This document shows, piece after piece, positions 10,157 through 19,689 of a stretch of 64,000 nt of DNA; the stretch's first letter is position 1; each line of letters starts with the position of its first letter. The stretch is taken from positions 66,022 through 130,021 of IMG/VR virus record IMGVR_UViG_3300022744_000001; one strand, given 5' to 3'. The DNA is from a virus. The notes beneath the pieces were generated by a model. That model worked only from the letters and a program-made list of their open reading frames with translations, did no database searches and was not told the DNA's origin. The position numbers and the translations under genes are program-made.

Positions 10157-10618
10157 TCAGACCGAAGGCACCAGGGACTCAATCGCCCCGGCGGCATGGG
10201 CGGGCCCCAGGATGCGGCGACGGTCCGAGCTGTCGATGAGCACCACCAGGAAGCGGCTGGAGAGGCTCTTGATGATCTGGGTGCCCTCCATCGTGTCTCG
10301 CGTGATCCGGGCCGCTATGGCCGTCAGGCCAGTCTTCTCCTCGAGCTTTCGGAGAGACTCGGTCCGGTCGAAGACGACCCCAACCCGGTCAGGCCGGTGG
10401 ACACTGTCGATGGCGCCGAGCAGCCACAAGCACTTGTACTCCTGGCAGGCTGTGGGCCGAGTCGCATAGCAGTCGCACTTGTGGTTCATCACGTGCGAGC
10501 ACATCTGAAAGGTGCTCTTCTGAATCTCGGGCACCCCCAAGGCGGTGCAGCACTCGTTGCACTGACCGCAGGATCGTCCTTGGGGTTTGGGGGCTTGGGG
10601 GAGACGTCGTTTGCTCAT
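10157..10618 (-). CDS. CxxCxxCC (YkgJ-type) putative zinc/iron-chelating domain protein
   Basis: SCGQCNECC motif plus downstream Cys cluster; AGAGGAGAGC RBS. Confidence 0.55.
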   Translation of the reverse strand: MSKRRLPQAPKPQGRSCGQCNECCTALGVPEIQKSTFQMCSHVMNHKCDCYATRPTACQEYKCLWLLGAIDSVHRPDRVGVVFDRTESLRKLEEKTGLTAIAARITRDTMEGTQIIKSLSSRFLVVLIDSSDRRRILGPAHAAGAIESLVPSV

Positions 10619-10650
10619 GCTCTCCTCTGTGCGCGAGACCAGGCGGAATT

Positions 10651-11061
10651 TCAGCCCTTCGTCGCTTTCTTCTCGGCCCGACGAAGTTCTTTGCGGACGC
10701 GCTTGAGGCGGTCAGAAGCTTCCGGGTAGCCCGGCATGCTCCAAGAGTCCTTGCGAGCCTTCATCGCCCGACCCTTCAACGCCATCACGTGCTTGCGGGC
10801 GGAGGCGTAACGGGCGCGAAGCTCGTCGAGGGTCAGCTCCTTCTTGGCGGCCTTCGGCTGGTTCTGGCCCATGTAGACGCGGAAGCCGCGGGCTTCCAGC
10901 TCAAGGCGAAGGGCCACCTTCGCGGCGTTGACGGCGACTTCGTCGCTCTCGCTCGTGGTGAGCGTCGGGACGTACCCGTTTTTGAGGGAAGCTTCGAGCT
11001 GGCTCCAGCTCGAGAAGGCAGTGACCGTGGTCGTCAGGGTGTTGAGTGCTTGGCTTTCCAT
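10651..11061 (-). CDS. hypothetical protein, Lys-rich C-terminus (136 aa)
   Basis: ATG 11061 abuts M1. Confidence 0.6.
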   Translation of the reverse strand: MESQALNTLTTTVTAFSSWSQLEASLKNGYVPTLTTSESDEVAVNAAKVALRLELEARGFRVYMGQNQPKAAKKELTLDELRARYASARKHVMALKGRAMKARKDSWSMPGYPEASDRLKRVRKELRRAEKKATKG

Positions 11062-11097
11062 GTCCTGGTAACGCGCAGGGGGAGGGGTTTCTATACT
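11062..11097 (-). promoter_or_regulatory. M1 motif (TATAGAAA-N13-GCGTTACCAGGAC-ATG)
   Basis: consensus copy. Confidence 0.55.
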
Positions 11098-11360
11098 GCC
11101 TCGGTCGGGCCCTCATGTTTTTCCGTGCAGGGGCAGCGGTAGGTTGCAAGGTCCTCCTTGGACCGCCACTCCCCTTTGCCCTTGCAGTAGGGGCAGTTGG
11201 GGTCCGGAAATTGAAGGACAGATGGGGTAGCCTGAAGCTCCCGGCGAGCGGCGTCGATGTGTCCCCGGCACTCCCGAAGCGTGAGGTAACACCGGCGCTC
11301 GCTGTGGCCGGTCTCCTTGGAGAGCATCTTCGCCGCGTCTGTGACCAACATGGAACTCAT
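11091..11360 (-). CDS. Cys-rich zinc-finger protein (89 aa)
   Basis: ORF track; ATGA overlap with upstream gene. Confidence 0.45.
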   Translation of the reverse strand: MSSMLVTDAAKMLSKETGHSERRCYLTLRECRGHIDAARRELQATPSVLQFPDPNCPYCKGKGEWRSKEDLATYRCPCTEKHEGPTEAV

Positions 11361-11575
11361 GCTTCGTCCTCGTCGTCAAGGAGTTCGATCTCTTCTTCCA
11401 TGAGGGCCTGTTCCGCCCCCATGACCTCGTCCGCCCCACACTCGGAGCAGGGGTAGCCTTCCGCGTCGGGCTCGACGTCCCCATAGTTCCAGGCGTAGCA
11501 AGCCAAGCAGATGCCGTCGTCTCCAGCAACGTGTTCCTCGTACGCTTCCTGGGTCAGCTTCGGTTTATCAAGCAT
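11357..11575 (-). CDS. acidic zinc-ribbon protein (72 aa)
   Basis: internal ATG with GGAAGGTGG RBS. Confidence 0.45.
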   Translation of the reverse strand: MLDKPKLTQEAYEEHVAGDDGICLACYAWNYGDVEPDAEGYPCSECGADEVMGAEQALMEEEIELLDDEDEA

Positions 11576-11774
11576 TGGCGGCCACCTTCCCGGCTTCCGT
11601 GATCTCGAACACCCGGTAGGAGGCGTAGGTCTGGTCGTTCCAAAAGCTGGTTGCCAAACCCTTTTCGACCAGGGCTTCGAACAGCTTGATTTCACTCTCT
11701 TTGCCTGGGGATTGGCGGCCCTTCTCGGCCAGGAGTGTGAGACGGCGGGATTGCGCTTTGGTCAGTTCAGGCAC
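11568..11774 (-). CDS. small winged-helix-like protein (GTG start)
   Basis: GAGGAGGAAG RBS then GTG overlapping upstream stop. Confidence 0.35.
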   Translation of the reverse strand: MPELTKAQSRRLTLLAEKGRQSPGKESEIKLFEALVEKGLATSFWNDQTYASYRVFEITEAGKVAANA

Positions 11775-12183
11775 TGGCTTCCTCCTCGGACTCTTCCTTG
11801 GAGTTCCCGTCGGCCGCCTCGAGTTCGACAGATTCAACTTCGTCGGCCGTCTCGGTCAGCTCGCGCTTGAGCGCCTTCAGGTTGTCAAGGGCCTCGTCAA
11901 GAGCCTCGACCGCCGCCGTGTCCTTCTCCTTCTTGGCCGCCTTCTTGGCCGCCTTCAAGGCTTCCACGAGAGTGGGGAACTTGGCGGAAGCGTTCAAGAT
12001 GTTCGCCTTGAAGTCTGCGTCGGTCTCGCAGGAGACAGCGCACTCGAGGTCAGACTTCATCTCGCGGGCAAGGTCGCGACAGGTGTCGTCCATGAGGTCG
12101 GCGGTTTCGACAGCAGCGACGACTTCCGCCATCGCACTCTCAAGGTCCATCGCGCTCGACTGAAGCTCTTCAAACTTCTCCAT
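11767..12183 (-). CDS. acidic coiled-coil protein (138 aa)
   Basis: ATG 12183 with AAGGAGAAC RBS and M1. Confidence 0.6.
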   Translation of the reverse strand: MEKFEELQSSAMDLESAMAEVVAAVETADLMDDTCRDLAREMKSDLECAVSCETDADFKANILNASAKFPTLVEALKAAKKAAKKEKDTAAVEALDEALDNLKALKRELTETADEVESVELEAADGNSKEESEEEASA

Positions 12184-12232
12184 GGCCCGTTCTCCTTGTC
12201 TTGAGAACGCGCAAGCCCTCGAGCTTCTATAC
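12184..12232 (-). promoter_or_regulatory. M1 motif
   Basis: TATAGAAG-N13-GCGTTCTC...ATG. Confidence 0.5.
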
Positions 12233-12568
12233 TGGCCTTGTCGCTTTTCTGCGCGCCTTCGTCGGGTAGCTCTGGCGAGGGGCCGCCTTCCGGATACCTG
12301 GCCGGGACTCCGGAACGTCACTCAGATTGGCGGTAGCCCAGATAAATGCGAGCGAATCCCGGCTCTTGTTCGTGTTGGGTACGTGCTGAACTACGTCAGC
12401 GTGGGGGATTTCTGCGTTCAACCGGGTCTCGATGTTCACGCAAAAATAGCGCTTCTCCCCGTTGCTCTCCCGAACCTCGAACACGAGATACTCGTGCTCC
12501 GCAGTGTGGATCACGTCTCCCGCTGCGATCTCCTTTTGGGAGCTAACAAGATACAGTTGAGGGGGCAT
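12227..12568 (-). CDS. hypothetical protein (113 aa)
   Basis: ORF track; GGGGAGAAC RBS. Confidence 0.45.
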   Translation of the reverse strand: MPPQLYLVSSQKEIAAGDVIHTAEHEYLVFEVRESNGEKRYFCVNIETRLNAEIPHADVVQHVPNTNKSRDSLAFIWATANLSDVPESRPGIRKAAPRQSYPTKARRKATRPV

Positions 12569-12802
12569 GGCGTTCTCCCCGGTGAGAGCTTAGCGAAACC
12601 CTTAGCGTTTCCCTGAGCCCCAGCACCGACCACAGTAAGATTGTTGGTGACCGCACAAGCATTTTGTGCAACGTAGCACCAAAACCTTGCAGATCCAGCG
12701 GTAAGTAAGAGCGTGTGGTTGTTTATGCGCTACGGCTCGTGCCGAACACAAAAGCACATCACCCTTATCCGAGAGAAGCTGAGGCGGCTGCAAGAGCTAA
12801 AG

Positions 12803-13162
12803 TCAGCGACCGATATTTTCGTCGCCCAGTTTCGTAGACTCTGCCACAAGAGCCCCAAATTCAACAACTGCGCTTTCGTCTAGTTCCAGTCGCTTCAAGG
12901 CGTTTTCTGCCCAAATGAAGCTCGGGTTGATGAAATATAAATCACAACCATACAGGCTGTCCACGAGTTCTAGTGCACGCGCGAACATGAGAACATGGCC
13001 AACCTCGAGCCCCTCATAGCTTCCGGGCAATCCGGACCGCCAGCGTTCGGCGAGGGCGGCTTTACGGGGGCCCCTCAAATCCAGGACACGAGTACCCGTT
13101 GTGAGGAGGAAGCAGGCAACCAGCGCTTCGGCGGCGGCAATCGCCTCTCTGGGCACAGCTTT
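12803..13162 (-). CDS. hypothetical protein
   Basis: GTG start placed by M2 (GGTGTACC-N7-GTG); ORF track start at 13198 is TTG. Confidence 0.4.
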   Translation of the reverse strand, partial: KAVPREAIAAAEALVACFLLTTGTRVLDLRGPRKAALAERWRSGLPGSYEGLEVGHVLMFARALELVDSLYGCDLYFINPSFIWAENALKRLELDESAVVEFGALVAESTKLGDENIGR

Positions 13163-13422
13163 CACTATTGGAGGTACACCAGGGCGTACGTGAGTCAATG
13201 GTTAGCCGTGCCACCAGACGCCCAGAGCGAAGCCCAGGCAGAAGCAAATGACCCCCAAGAGGACGATGGCGAGGTAGTCCCACCGTGGGGGCAGGACCTC
13301 CTCTTGGGCTTCGGCGTAGATGGGCTTGACCACGAGGGTGGGCGCGTCGCAGTTGCGCCATTCCTCCAACGTGATTTGCCCGTCCACATAGGCTCGGTAC
13401 TGGTCGTAGGCGGGGAAGGTGG

Positions 13423-14301
13423 TTACGGACCCGATGACGCGGCGTCGTCGCACTCTTCGTCTACACCATCCTCGTCCTCCCCCTCGTCTTCGTCAGCGGG
13501 CTCTTCGCCCTCCTCCCACTCCCGCATTTCTTCCTCCCACTCCTTCGCTTGTACCTCGACAACCTCGAGTAGGTTCCGGAAATGCTCCCGGAACCTCGGC
13601 CACTCGGTTTCCTGGCCCGCGTAGTAGCTCGGGCGCCAGAACTGGCGGAAGGTGAGCATCTTGGCCGAGATGAACGCGAACTCGGCTGCCACATCAATCA
13701 TGTGCTCGGGGATGGGTCCCATGTCCTCCAGGATGTCCCAATGCTCGCTGAACCCCATCGTGAATCGGGAGTCGTCTCTCCCGAAGAACCAGGCCCCGGG
13801 GAACTGCTCGGGCGGGTGGCGGCGCTCTTGAGCAAGCTCAGACAGGAGAAGCCTGGTCGGGCTCGGGTCGTTTTCGATCGCGGCAACCAGTTTGTCCTGC
13901 TCTGCCTTCCGCCAAGCCAGATAGCCACGGATGCCCTTCCGGTAGTCTTCGATGGTGTCGCCCGTCGAGCGCCAACCCCTATCTACGGTGCCTTTGAGTA
14001 ACGCTTGCCAGACGTCCTCTCGAACCAACGCTTGCTCAACGAGCGCTCCCCGAGGCGGCGGGTCGGAGTAGCTGAGGCGGGCATTCTCTGTCCCTGGCTT
14101 GGGGGCGACAAGGATCTCCATCGGGTCTCGATAGCTGCCCGACCCGACCGTGATCATCGTGGCGTAATCGGAGAGAGCCTCCTGCGCCGCAGTGAGCTTC
14201 TCGAGACGGTTGACCCCCTCGAACTCGTTCCATCGCACTCGGAAAAGGTTGTGGCGAACCTCATCCACGACATACCCAGGCAGGGAGCCCCCAGGGGACA
14301 T
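13423..14301 (-). CDS. hypothetical protein with acidic (E/D-rich) C-terminal tail
   Basis: internal ATG with AAGGGG RBS after upstream stop. Confidence 0.5.
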   Translation of the reverse strand: MSPGGSLPGYVVDEVRHNLFRVRWNEFEGVNRLEKLTAAQEALSDYATMITVGSGSYRDPMEILVAPKPGTENARLSYSDPPPRGALVEQALVREDVWQALLKGTVDRGWRSTGDTIEDYRKGIRGYLAWRKAEQDKLVAAIENDPSPTRLLLSELAQERRHPPEQFPGAWFFGRDDSRFTMGFSEHWDILEDMGPIPEHMIDVAAEFAFISAKMLTFRQFWRPSYYAGQETEWPRFREHFRNLLEVVEVQAKEWEEEMREWEEGEEPADEDEGEDEDGVDEECDDAASSGP

Positions 14302-14383
14302 TTCGAACCCCTTGGCCACGAGCGCTTCCTGAAGGCGCCCCAATGTGGGGAGCCCTTTGGCGGGCTCCGGTGGAACCCAGACC

Positions 14384-14827
14384 TCAGCAGTGAGGGCTTT
14401 GCTCTCCCCTTTTTGCTCCACCCGCAATCTGGTCGATGCGTTCGAAGAGCCGTTCCATGTAGATGGAGCGGTAGTTCCGCTGCACCATCACTCGACGTTC
14501 ACGGATGGCGTGCAGAAGGTGGTCAAAGGTCATGTCCTTCGACGTCGGCAAATCGTGGTAGGAGTTGTCCCCTTGCCCGACTTCAACCAGGTCGCGCTTG
14601 AACGCGAGCATCCACGCATCTCGAGCTGGCCCCTCTTCCACTTTCTCAACCGTGCCGTAGTCGTTGTACGTGGCCTTCAATGGGAAGTTGCGCGGCCCCC
14701 AGACCTCATGGATGTAAACGGGTGCGCTTTTCTTGTCGGGCGCCTCAGTGAGCAGGAAATACCGGACTTTGGTTCCACCAGGAATCGGAAGACCGGAGAT
14801 TGCACAGGTTAGGTTGAATGATCCCAT
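14384..14827 (-). CDS. hypothetical protein (147 aa)
   Basis: ATG 14827 preceded by M2. Confidence 0.55.
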   Translation of the reverse strand: MGSFNLTCAISGLPIPGGTKVRYFLLTEAPDKKSAPVYIHEVWGPRNFPLKATYNDYGTVEKVEEGPARDAWMLAFKRDLVEVGQGDNSYHDLPTSKDMTFDHLLHAIRERRVMVQRNYRSIYMERLFERIDQIAGGAKRGEQSPHC

Positions 14828-14921
14828 GCTCGGGGTACACCGGTGGTGGTGATTTACTTGTCCTCGGACTTTTGTCGTGGAAGACCTCATTCTCCGAGTA
14901 GCCGCCCGGTACACGTATGCG
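14828..14921. promoter_or_regulatory. divergent intergenic region with M2 copies in both orientations
   Basis: GGTGTACC (minus) and GGTACAC-N7-ATG (plus). Confidence 0.45.
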
Positions 14922-16097
14922 ATGGCCATGGCAGACATTCCCGCTGTAGTGCAGAAGTGGGAATCGTTGATTCAAGCCTATCGAGACGAGGCGCCGAACA
15001 TCGAGAAAGTCGGGGAGTTGTACGAACTCCGCAACAAAGATTACGAGGCATGGCGTGCTCTTGGTCCCGACACGTGGGCCTTCTACGGGCGATGGGAAGG
15101 GAAAACCGTCATCTTCCCCAAAGTCTCGTACGAACTCCTTCGTCGCCTTGGGATCTCCAACGTCTTCCTCTCGCTGCTCCAGCACTACGAGTTGCCACCG
15201 GCCATCCACAAGAAAGTCGAAGCCGCGGCCCGCTTCTACGGTAAAAACGCGCAGAGAATGTCGCGGAAGATCGACGAGGCCGTTGCCCTGTACCGCAAGT
15301 TGTTGACCACGTACGACCAGCACCTTGAACTCGCGAAAGCTGCTCTTACCCAAGGTAAGCCCCGAGGCACGGAGGAGAACAGTACCCAGATCCTCAATGC
15401 GGGACCGTTCAAGGTCGTCAACACGGGGCAGTTCTCTGAGCAGATCATGCAGACTTGCGCAGACGTAGTGCGCAAGGCAGCAAGCAAGCTCCAGAGTAAA
15501 GGGCTCGGCCAGGTTTGCTATGGCCAAGTGCTAGTCTCCAAGCGCGTGGCCGCCAGCACAAGGAACCTCGCATTCTACCGTGTCGCGGACGACGAGCTAT
15601 TCGTCCGAGCTGACCTGAAGGGGGCGGCGTTCAACGAGATTCTCCTCACCGTGCTCCATGAGCTTGGTCACCGCTACTACTTCCGGTTCACCCTGAAGCA
15701 GGCTGAAATCAAGAAGCTCTACTACACACTCAAAGGTCGCAAGGAAGAGTCCGAGGCCCTGCTGGTCAAAGAGGTCCTTGAGGACCCGAACCGGCGGCCT
15801 CAACCTGGAGAAATCGTCGTCCTGAAGAGGGAGACGTACGTGGTGGATGACGTGAAATACGAGCGTGGGGGCTGGCAGGTCAGGATGCATGACCAAACGG
15901 ACCCTAAACTCAAAGCCCACGTCGGACTTGAGCATTGGATTCGCCACAAGGGGTACAAACTCAAAGAGACCCCCAGCGATTTCGTCACGTCATATGCGAA
16001 GACAGACCCCGCCGAGAACTTTGCCGAGATGTTCGCGTACTACTGCGACGACAAGCTCCCCGAGGACCAGGTGGAGATGCTTAAGGCCGTGCTCTGA
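14922..16097 (+). CDS. HExxH zinc-metallopeptidase-like protein (391 aa)
   Basis: LHELGHRYYF motif; start placed by M2-like box. Confidence 0.55.
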   Translation: MAMADIPAVVQKWESLIQAYRDEAPNIEKVGELYELRNKDYEAWRALGPDTWAFYGRWEGKTVIFPKVSYELLRRLGISNVFLSLLQHYELPPAIHKKVEAAARFYGKNAQRMSRKIDEAVALYRKLLTTYDQHLELAKAALTQGKPRGTEENSTQILNAGPFKVVNTGQFSEQIMQTCADVVRKAASKLQSKGLGQVCYGQVLVSKRVAASTRNLAFYRVADDELFVRADLKGAAFNEILLTVLHELGHRYYFRFTLKQAEIKKLYYTLKGRKEESEALLVKEVLEDPNRRPQPGEIVVLKRETYVVDDVKYERGGWQVRMHDQTDPKLKAHVGLEHWIRHKGYKLKETPSDFVTSYAKTDPAENFAEMFAYYCDDKLPEDQVEMLKAVL

Positions 16098-16124
16098 AGG
16101 TATCCCCGACGGTGTAGAGACGGT

Positions 16125-16496
16125 ATGGTTTGCAGACATTCTGACGGCGATCGAAGCTGTACCACGCGATACCCGCGCTACGACCCGCCCGACCCGCCGA
16201 AGACGCCTGACGCGAGCAACTACAGCATCGAGGATGTGATGCGGGTAGGGCGTCACCTTGTGATGAAGGTGAAATACCCCAACTGCTCGAGTTGCGCGTT
16301 CGAGGGCACCAAGATCCTAGTGTTCCTCAACATCTCGGAGCTTGAAGCGCTGAAATGGCGGAAGATCGACCCGCACTTCCGTGACCCCCGAAGGAAGTCC
16401 ACCACGGAGGCTCCGAGCCCTGCGGCCCGCTTCCCAGGGACTCCAGAGGGCTGGGCGGATGCGGTTGCTTACGCAAACTCCAAGGAGAGCAAGTGA
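16125..16496 (+). CDS. hypothetical protein (123 aa)
   Basis: M2 (GGTGTAGA-N6-ATG). Confidence 0.5.
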   Translation: MVCRHSDGDRSCTTRYPRYDPPDPPKTPDASNYSIEDVMRVGRHLVMKVKYPNCSSCAFEGTKILVFLNISELEALKWRKIDPHFRDPRRKSTTEAPSPAARFPGTPEGWADAVAYANSKESK

Positions 16497-16499
16497 CGG

Positions 16500-16787
16500 T
16501 TACGTCTTGGTCGTGAGCTTCGCTTCGACCTTGTCAGCGACCCCGTCTAGCTCCTTGACGAGTCTCTCTATCGTGTCCTTGTCCACTCCAATCCAATCGT
16601 GGTGGAGCTGGAAAAACGTGGTGAGGGCATCGCAGTGCGACAGCATCTCAAAGGCTTGGCCTCGAGTCACTGGGAGAACCAAAGGTGCGGCCGAGCCGCT
16701 CCCCGCCAACGCATTGCAGTCTTCACACCCACGGCTGAGGGCGTATCCCGCCCCGTGCCTTTCGCAAACACCCATTGCTTCACTCAT
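16500..16787 (-). CDS. Cys-containing hypothetical protein
   Basis: ATGA overlap with upstream gene. Confidence 0.45.
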   Translation of the reverse strand: MSEAMGVCERHGAGYALSRGCEDCNALAGSGSAAPLVLPVTRGQAFEMLSHCDALTTFFQLHHDWIGVDKDTIERLVKELDGVADKVEAKLTTKT

Positions 16788-17017
16788 GGTCCAAACCCGC
16801 CCGGCAAAACCCACCATCGAACCCAGAGGCTCTCCACGCGTGAAGGTTTCCGTGTCAGCACAAACCCCGTTGGCCCTTTGGCGAGGACAGAGACTCGCCG
16901 TTTAGACTTTCGGGGCTCGACCCACAGTAGGTAATCCGACGAGGGCAAGGGCTGGGCAAATCGCACTACGACTTGCAGCTGCTTGCGCCGGAACTTCACC
17001 CGCTGCCTCTTTTTCAT
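16784..17017 (-). CDS. basic hypothetical protein (77 aa)
   Basis: M2 (GGTGTAGT-N9-ATG). Confidence 0.5.
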   Translation of the reverse strand: MKKRQRVKFRRKQLQVVVRFAQPLPSSDYLLWVEPRKSKRRVSVLAKGPTGFVLTRKPSRVESLWVRWWVLPGGFGP

Positions 17018-17027
17018 GTAACCGTAA

Positions 17028-17642
17028 CTACACCTTCACGCCGACCTCGAAACGGTGCTTTATGTAGCGGTCGCGCGATTCCCCCTCGAGCGTACTGGGG
17101 AGGGCCCCCCAAGCCCCCTCAGCCTCATGCCCATAGTCATGGTCGAGGAAGACGGTACCGAGCATGTAGTGGTTGAGTTCGTGGATGACGGGGCCGCCGT
17201 TCACCACGGACTGCCGGAATATCGAAGCCCGACAACACAGGAGCGGGATGCGGGGGCCGCCGAAGTTCCGGCCCGTGGACAGGAGCAGCTCGTTGATGCG
17301 GTCCTCGAGCTTCAAGTCGCTCTGCGGGACGTCGTACATTCGGTCGTAGTTCGCATCCTCAGTCACGTGCACCACGATCCACTTCGGCCCTTCTGTCTTG
17401 GCGTACCCCTTCCAGGTTTGGGACAGTGACCAGGACGCCAGGGCCACCGCGTTGGCGATGACTCCCGGGTGGAAAGGGAACATCCCGTCACGATCGTAGA
17501 TCAGCGTGACCCGGTGGCCGAGGTAGTTGCCCTCCATGCGTTGGCCCTCGGGGAGGTTCCACCGGCGCCCCCAGGAAACAACGAAAGCGCCGAGGCCCAC
17601 AACCACAGCCGATGTAACCGCTAGGATGATCGCGCCTGTCAT
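17028..17642 (-). CDS. membrane-anchored HExxH metallopeptidase-like protein
   Basis: N-terminal TM helix; HELNH motif. Confidence 0.55.
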   Translation of the reverse strand: MTGAIILAVTSAVVVGLGAFVVSWGRRWNLPEGQRMEGNYLGHRVTLIYDRDGMFPFHPGVIANAVALASWSLSQTWKGYAKTEGPKWIVVHVTEDANYDRMYDVPQSDLKLEDRINELLLSTGRNFGGPRIPLLCCRASIFRQSVVNGGPVIHELNHYMLGTVFLDHDYGHEAEGAWGALPSTLEGESRDRYIKHRFEVGVKV

Positions 17643-17755
17643 GTCTGGGGCAGATCCACAAACAAATCAAACACCTACCCAATATAGCACTTTGCGACGG
17701 AAAAGACGGGCGGATTACAGATTCTCAAGTAAGTTCCGGACACGGAAAGGGCGCA

Positions 17756-17983
17756 GTGGTGGCACATCTCACCGTGATTCTTCGCTGGTACGACGAGGGC
17801 AAAATGTCGCCCCGGGACGCAGCCGTCATGATCCTCGCGACCCTCAAACCCGGGATCGCGGACGTGGTCCTCCGCGAGGTCGGCAACCGGGTCGAGGTCC
17901 TTCAGGAGCTTCTGCGCTGCCTACGGAGCTGGAAGCGGGCTCCGGACGGGTCCAGCGCTCGCATCATCTCAACCTGGAACTAG
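17756..17983 (+). CDS. hypothetical protein (GTG start)
   Basis: ORF track; follows 110 bp lower-GC spacer. Confidence 0.3.
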   Translation: MVAHLTVILRWYDEGKMSPRDAAVMILATLKPGIADVVLREVGNRVEVLQELLRCLRSWKRAPDGSSARIISTWN

Positions 17984-18772
17984 GCCCTCTTTCTCGGCCA
18001 GCCGGAGGGCTTGGCGCTGCTCTTTGGCAGAGAGGGAGCGGTTGAAAATCTCCTGAGCTTTCTTGCGGGCCGCAGGCGTCTTGGCCTTGCGGAGGGTGAT
18101 GAGGTAGCTCTCCACTCTGGGGGAGACGTCGTCGTCCGGCAACTCCCCGATCAGACCCTCACGTTCAGCTCGCTTGCGACCTTCCTCGATGACCTGGTCG
18201 AGTTCCTTCGCAAAAAGCTTCTCGAGGATGTTTTGGGTCGGCAGGTGCAGAGTGACCCGGCACTTGTAAACGAAGGAGAGCCCCGAGAAGTAGGCTTTCT
18301 TCGTGTCCGGAGTCAAGTCGAAATCCTGGTCTTTGACGCCCAACCTCCACTGAACGTTCGGGCCCACATGCCGGTCGTAGTTGGCCATCTCATCGGGGTT
18401 GTCTGGGTCGGCAGAGTCCCCCCACAACATGAACCGAATCCAGATTTCCTTCCCGTGCTCAGAGAAATCGACTGAGTCCTCATCGAACTGCGCGCTGACG
18501 TGCCCGCCTCCAAGGAGTGGCTCGAGCACCTCAACGATGAGCTTATCGGTCAGAATTGGGTACCACTCGAAATTCGCACTCGCGACGTCAAGGAGTTTGG
18601 CTTTGACCTTTTCGGCCGTCTGCTCGGTCTCCCAGAGCCCCTCGACATCGTAGCCCTCCAACGCCTTCAAAACCTCGTTTCGACGGGTTTTGAAGATCGC
18701 CTTCAGGACGCTCCGTTCAAAAGTGGAGAGGGTTTCAGCTACCTTGGAACGGAAGTCGTAGTCGTACGCCAT
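17969..18772 (-). CDS. hypothetical protein (267 aa), N-terminus MAYDYDFR
   Basis: AGAGGTAGG RBS; shares 5' coding sequence with gene 19664-19981. Confidence 0.55.
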   Translation of the reverse strand: MAYDYDFRSKVAETLSTFERSVLKAIFKTRRNEVLKALEGYDVEGLWETEQTAEKVKAKLLDVASANFEWYPILTDKLIVEVLEPLLGGGHVSAQFDEDSVDFSEHGKEIWIRFMLWGDSADPDNPDEMANYDRHVGPNVQWRLGVKDQDFDLTPDTKKAYFSGLSFVYKCRVTLHLPTQNILEKLFAKELDQVIEEGRKRAEREGLIGELPDDDVSPRVESYLITLRKAKTPAARKKAQEIFNRSLSAKEQRQALRLAEKEGLVPG

Positions 18773-18799
18773 GTCCTACCTCTGTGATAAAACCTTCAT

Positions 18800-19111
18800 T
18801 CACCGAGAAGCCTTGGACAGGTCCAGGTGGTAGGTGGCGTCCTTGTGCTTGGGCTGGTTGAGCTGCCAGAGGAAAAACAGGATGAAGGCTACCGCCGCCT
18901 TCTCGCTCAAGCCCGCCGCCTTGAGGCCCGCTTCCGTGGACCGGAGAGCGCCGCCCACGACTTCCATGTACCCCCGACGCACCAGCGGGCCGTACGTGCG
19001 CTTGTCGTCCGAGTAGATGCTCGGGACGTTGAACTGCGGGCTCCCGGTCGTGAAGCTCGGGATCGCGCCGCGGTGGATGAGCTTGGTCTGCTTGTCGGTG
19101 AGCTTTTCCAT
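18800..19111 (-). CDS. hypothetical protein (103 aa)
   Basis: M1 upstream. Confidence 0.6.
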   Translation of the reverse strand: MEKLTDKQTKLIHRGAIPSFTTGSPQFNVPSIYSDDKRTYGPLVRRGYMEVVGGALRSTEAGLKAAGLSEKAAVAFILFFLWQLNQPKHKDATYHLDLSKASR

Positions 19112-19146
19112 GACCTGGTAACGCGTAGGCGGTCGAGTCCCTATAC
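19112..19146 (-). promoter_or_regulatory. M1 motif
   Basis: TATAGGGA-N13-GCGTTACCAGGTC-ATG. Confidence 0.55.
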
Positions 19147-19162
19147 TGGGGCGAGTCGAAAT

Positions 19163-19441
19163 TCAGACGGTCGGGTACTCGATGCCCGCGACCTTGCGCC
19201 AAGAGTAGGAGTTCGCTTCGTAATCCGTTCCGAAGCACACCTTGTGCACCGTCGTGATCATCTCGTCCTGGCCCGAGATGATGATCCGCTTCTTCCCGAA
19301 CAGGTTGGCGCCGAAGAGGGCTCGCTGCTGGTCGGCGGTCATCCGGCCATCCCAGGTGCCGAAGCACGAGCCCGTCTTCTCCGTGAGGAAGACGGCAAGG
19401 TTAGCGATCGTGTCCCAGTTCTGGCTCTTCTGCTTTTCCAT
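19163..19441 (-). CDS. hypothetical protein (92 aa)
   Basis: M1 upstream (19442-19476). Confidence 0.6.
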   Translation of the reverse strand: MEKQKSQNWDTIANLAVFLTEKTGSCFGTWDGRMTADQQRALFGANLFGKKRIIISGQDEMITTVHKVCFGTDYEANSYSWRKVAGIEYPTV

Positions 19442-19497
19442 GCCCTACGAACGCGTGAGGGATCGACTTTCTATACCGCCCGGTGTAGAAAACGCCA
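19442..19497. promoter_or_regulatory. back-to-back M1 (minus) and M2 (plus) copies
   Basis: CTATACC-GCC-CGGTGTAGAA. Confidence 0.5.
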
Positions 19498-19689
19498 ATG
19501 TCTGACGTTGAGCTAGAAGAAGTCGTCAAGCTCCTGGGGGAGGATGAAGCTTGGAGACTCCTACTCTGGTGGGTCATGTCCGCCGCGCTACTGATCGGCT
19601 CGTCGCTCTACGTTGAGGTCCACAAAGACCCGAATTCCCTCGAGAACTCGAGAGACGTTCAGATCAGTCCTCTTTCCGCTTCACCGTGA
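19498..19689 (+). CDS. small membrane protein (63 aa)
   Basis: M2 (GGTGTAGA-N8-ATG). Confidence 0.45.
   Translation: MSDVELEEVVKLLGEDEAWRLLLWWVMSAALLIGSSLYVEVHKDPNSLENSRDVQISPLSASP

Noticed and set aside
9223-10729. 271-aa minus and 284-aa plus ORFs across the GGDEF locus
   Set aside because: Antisense to, or out of frame with, the clearly recognisable GGDEF gene; R/P/G-rich.
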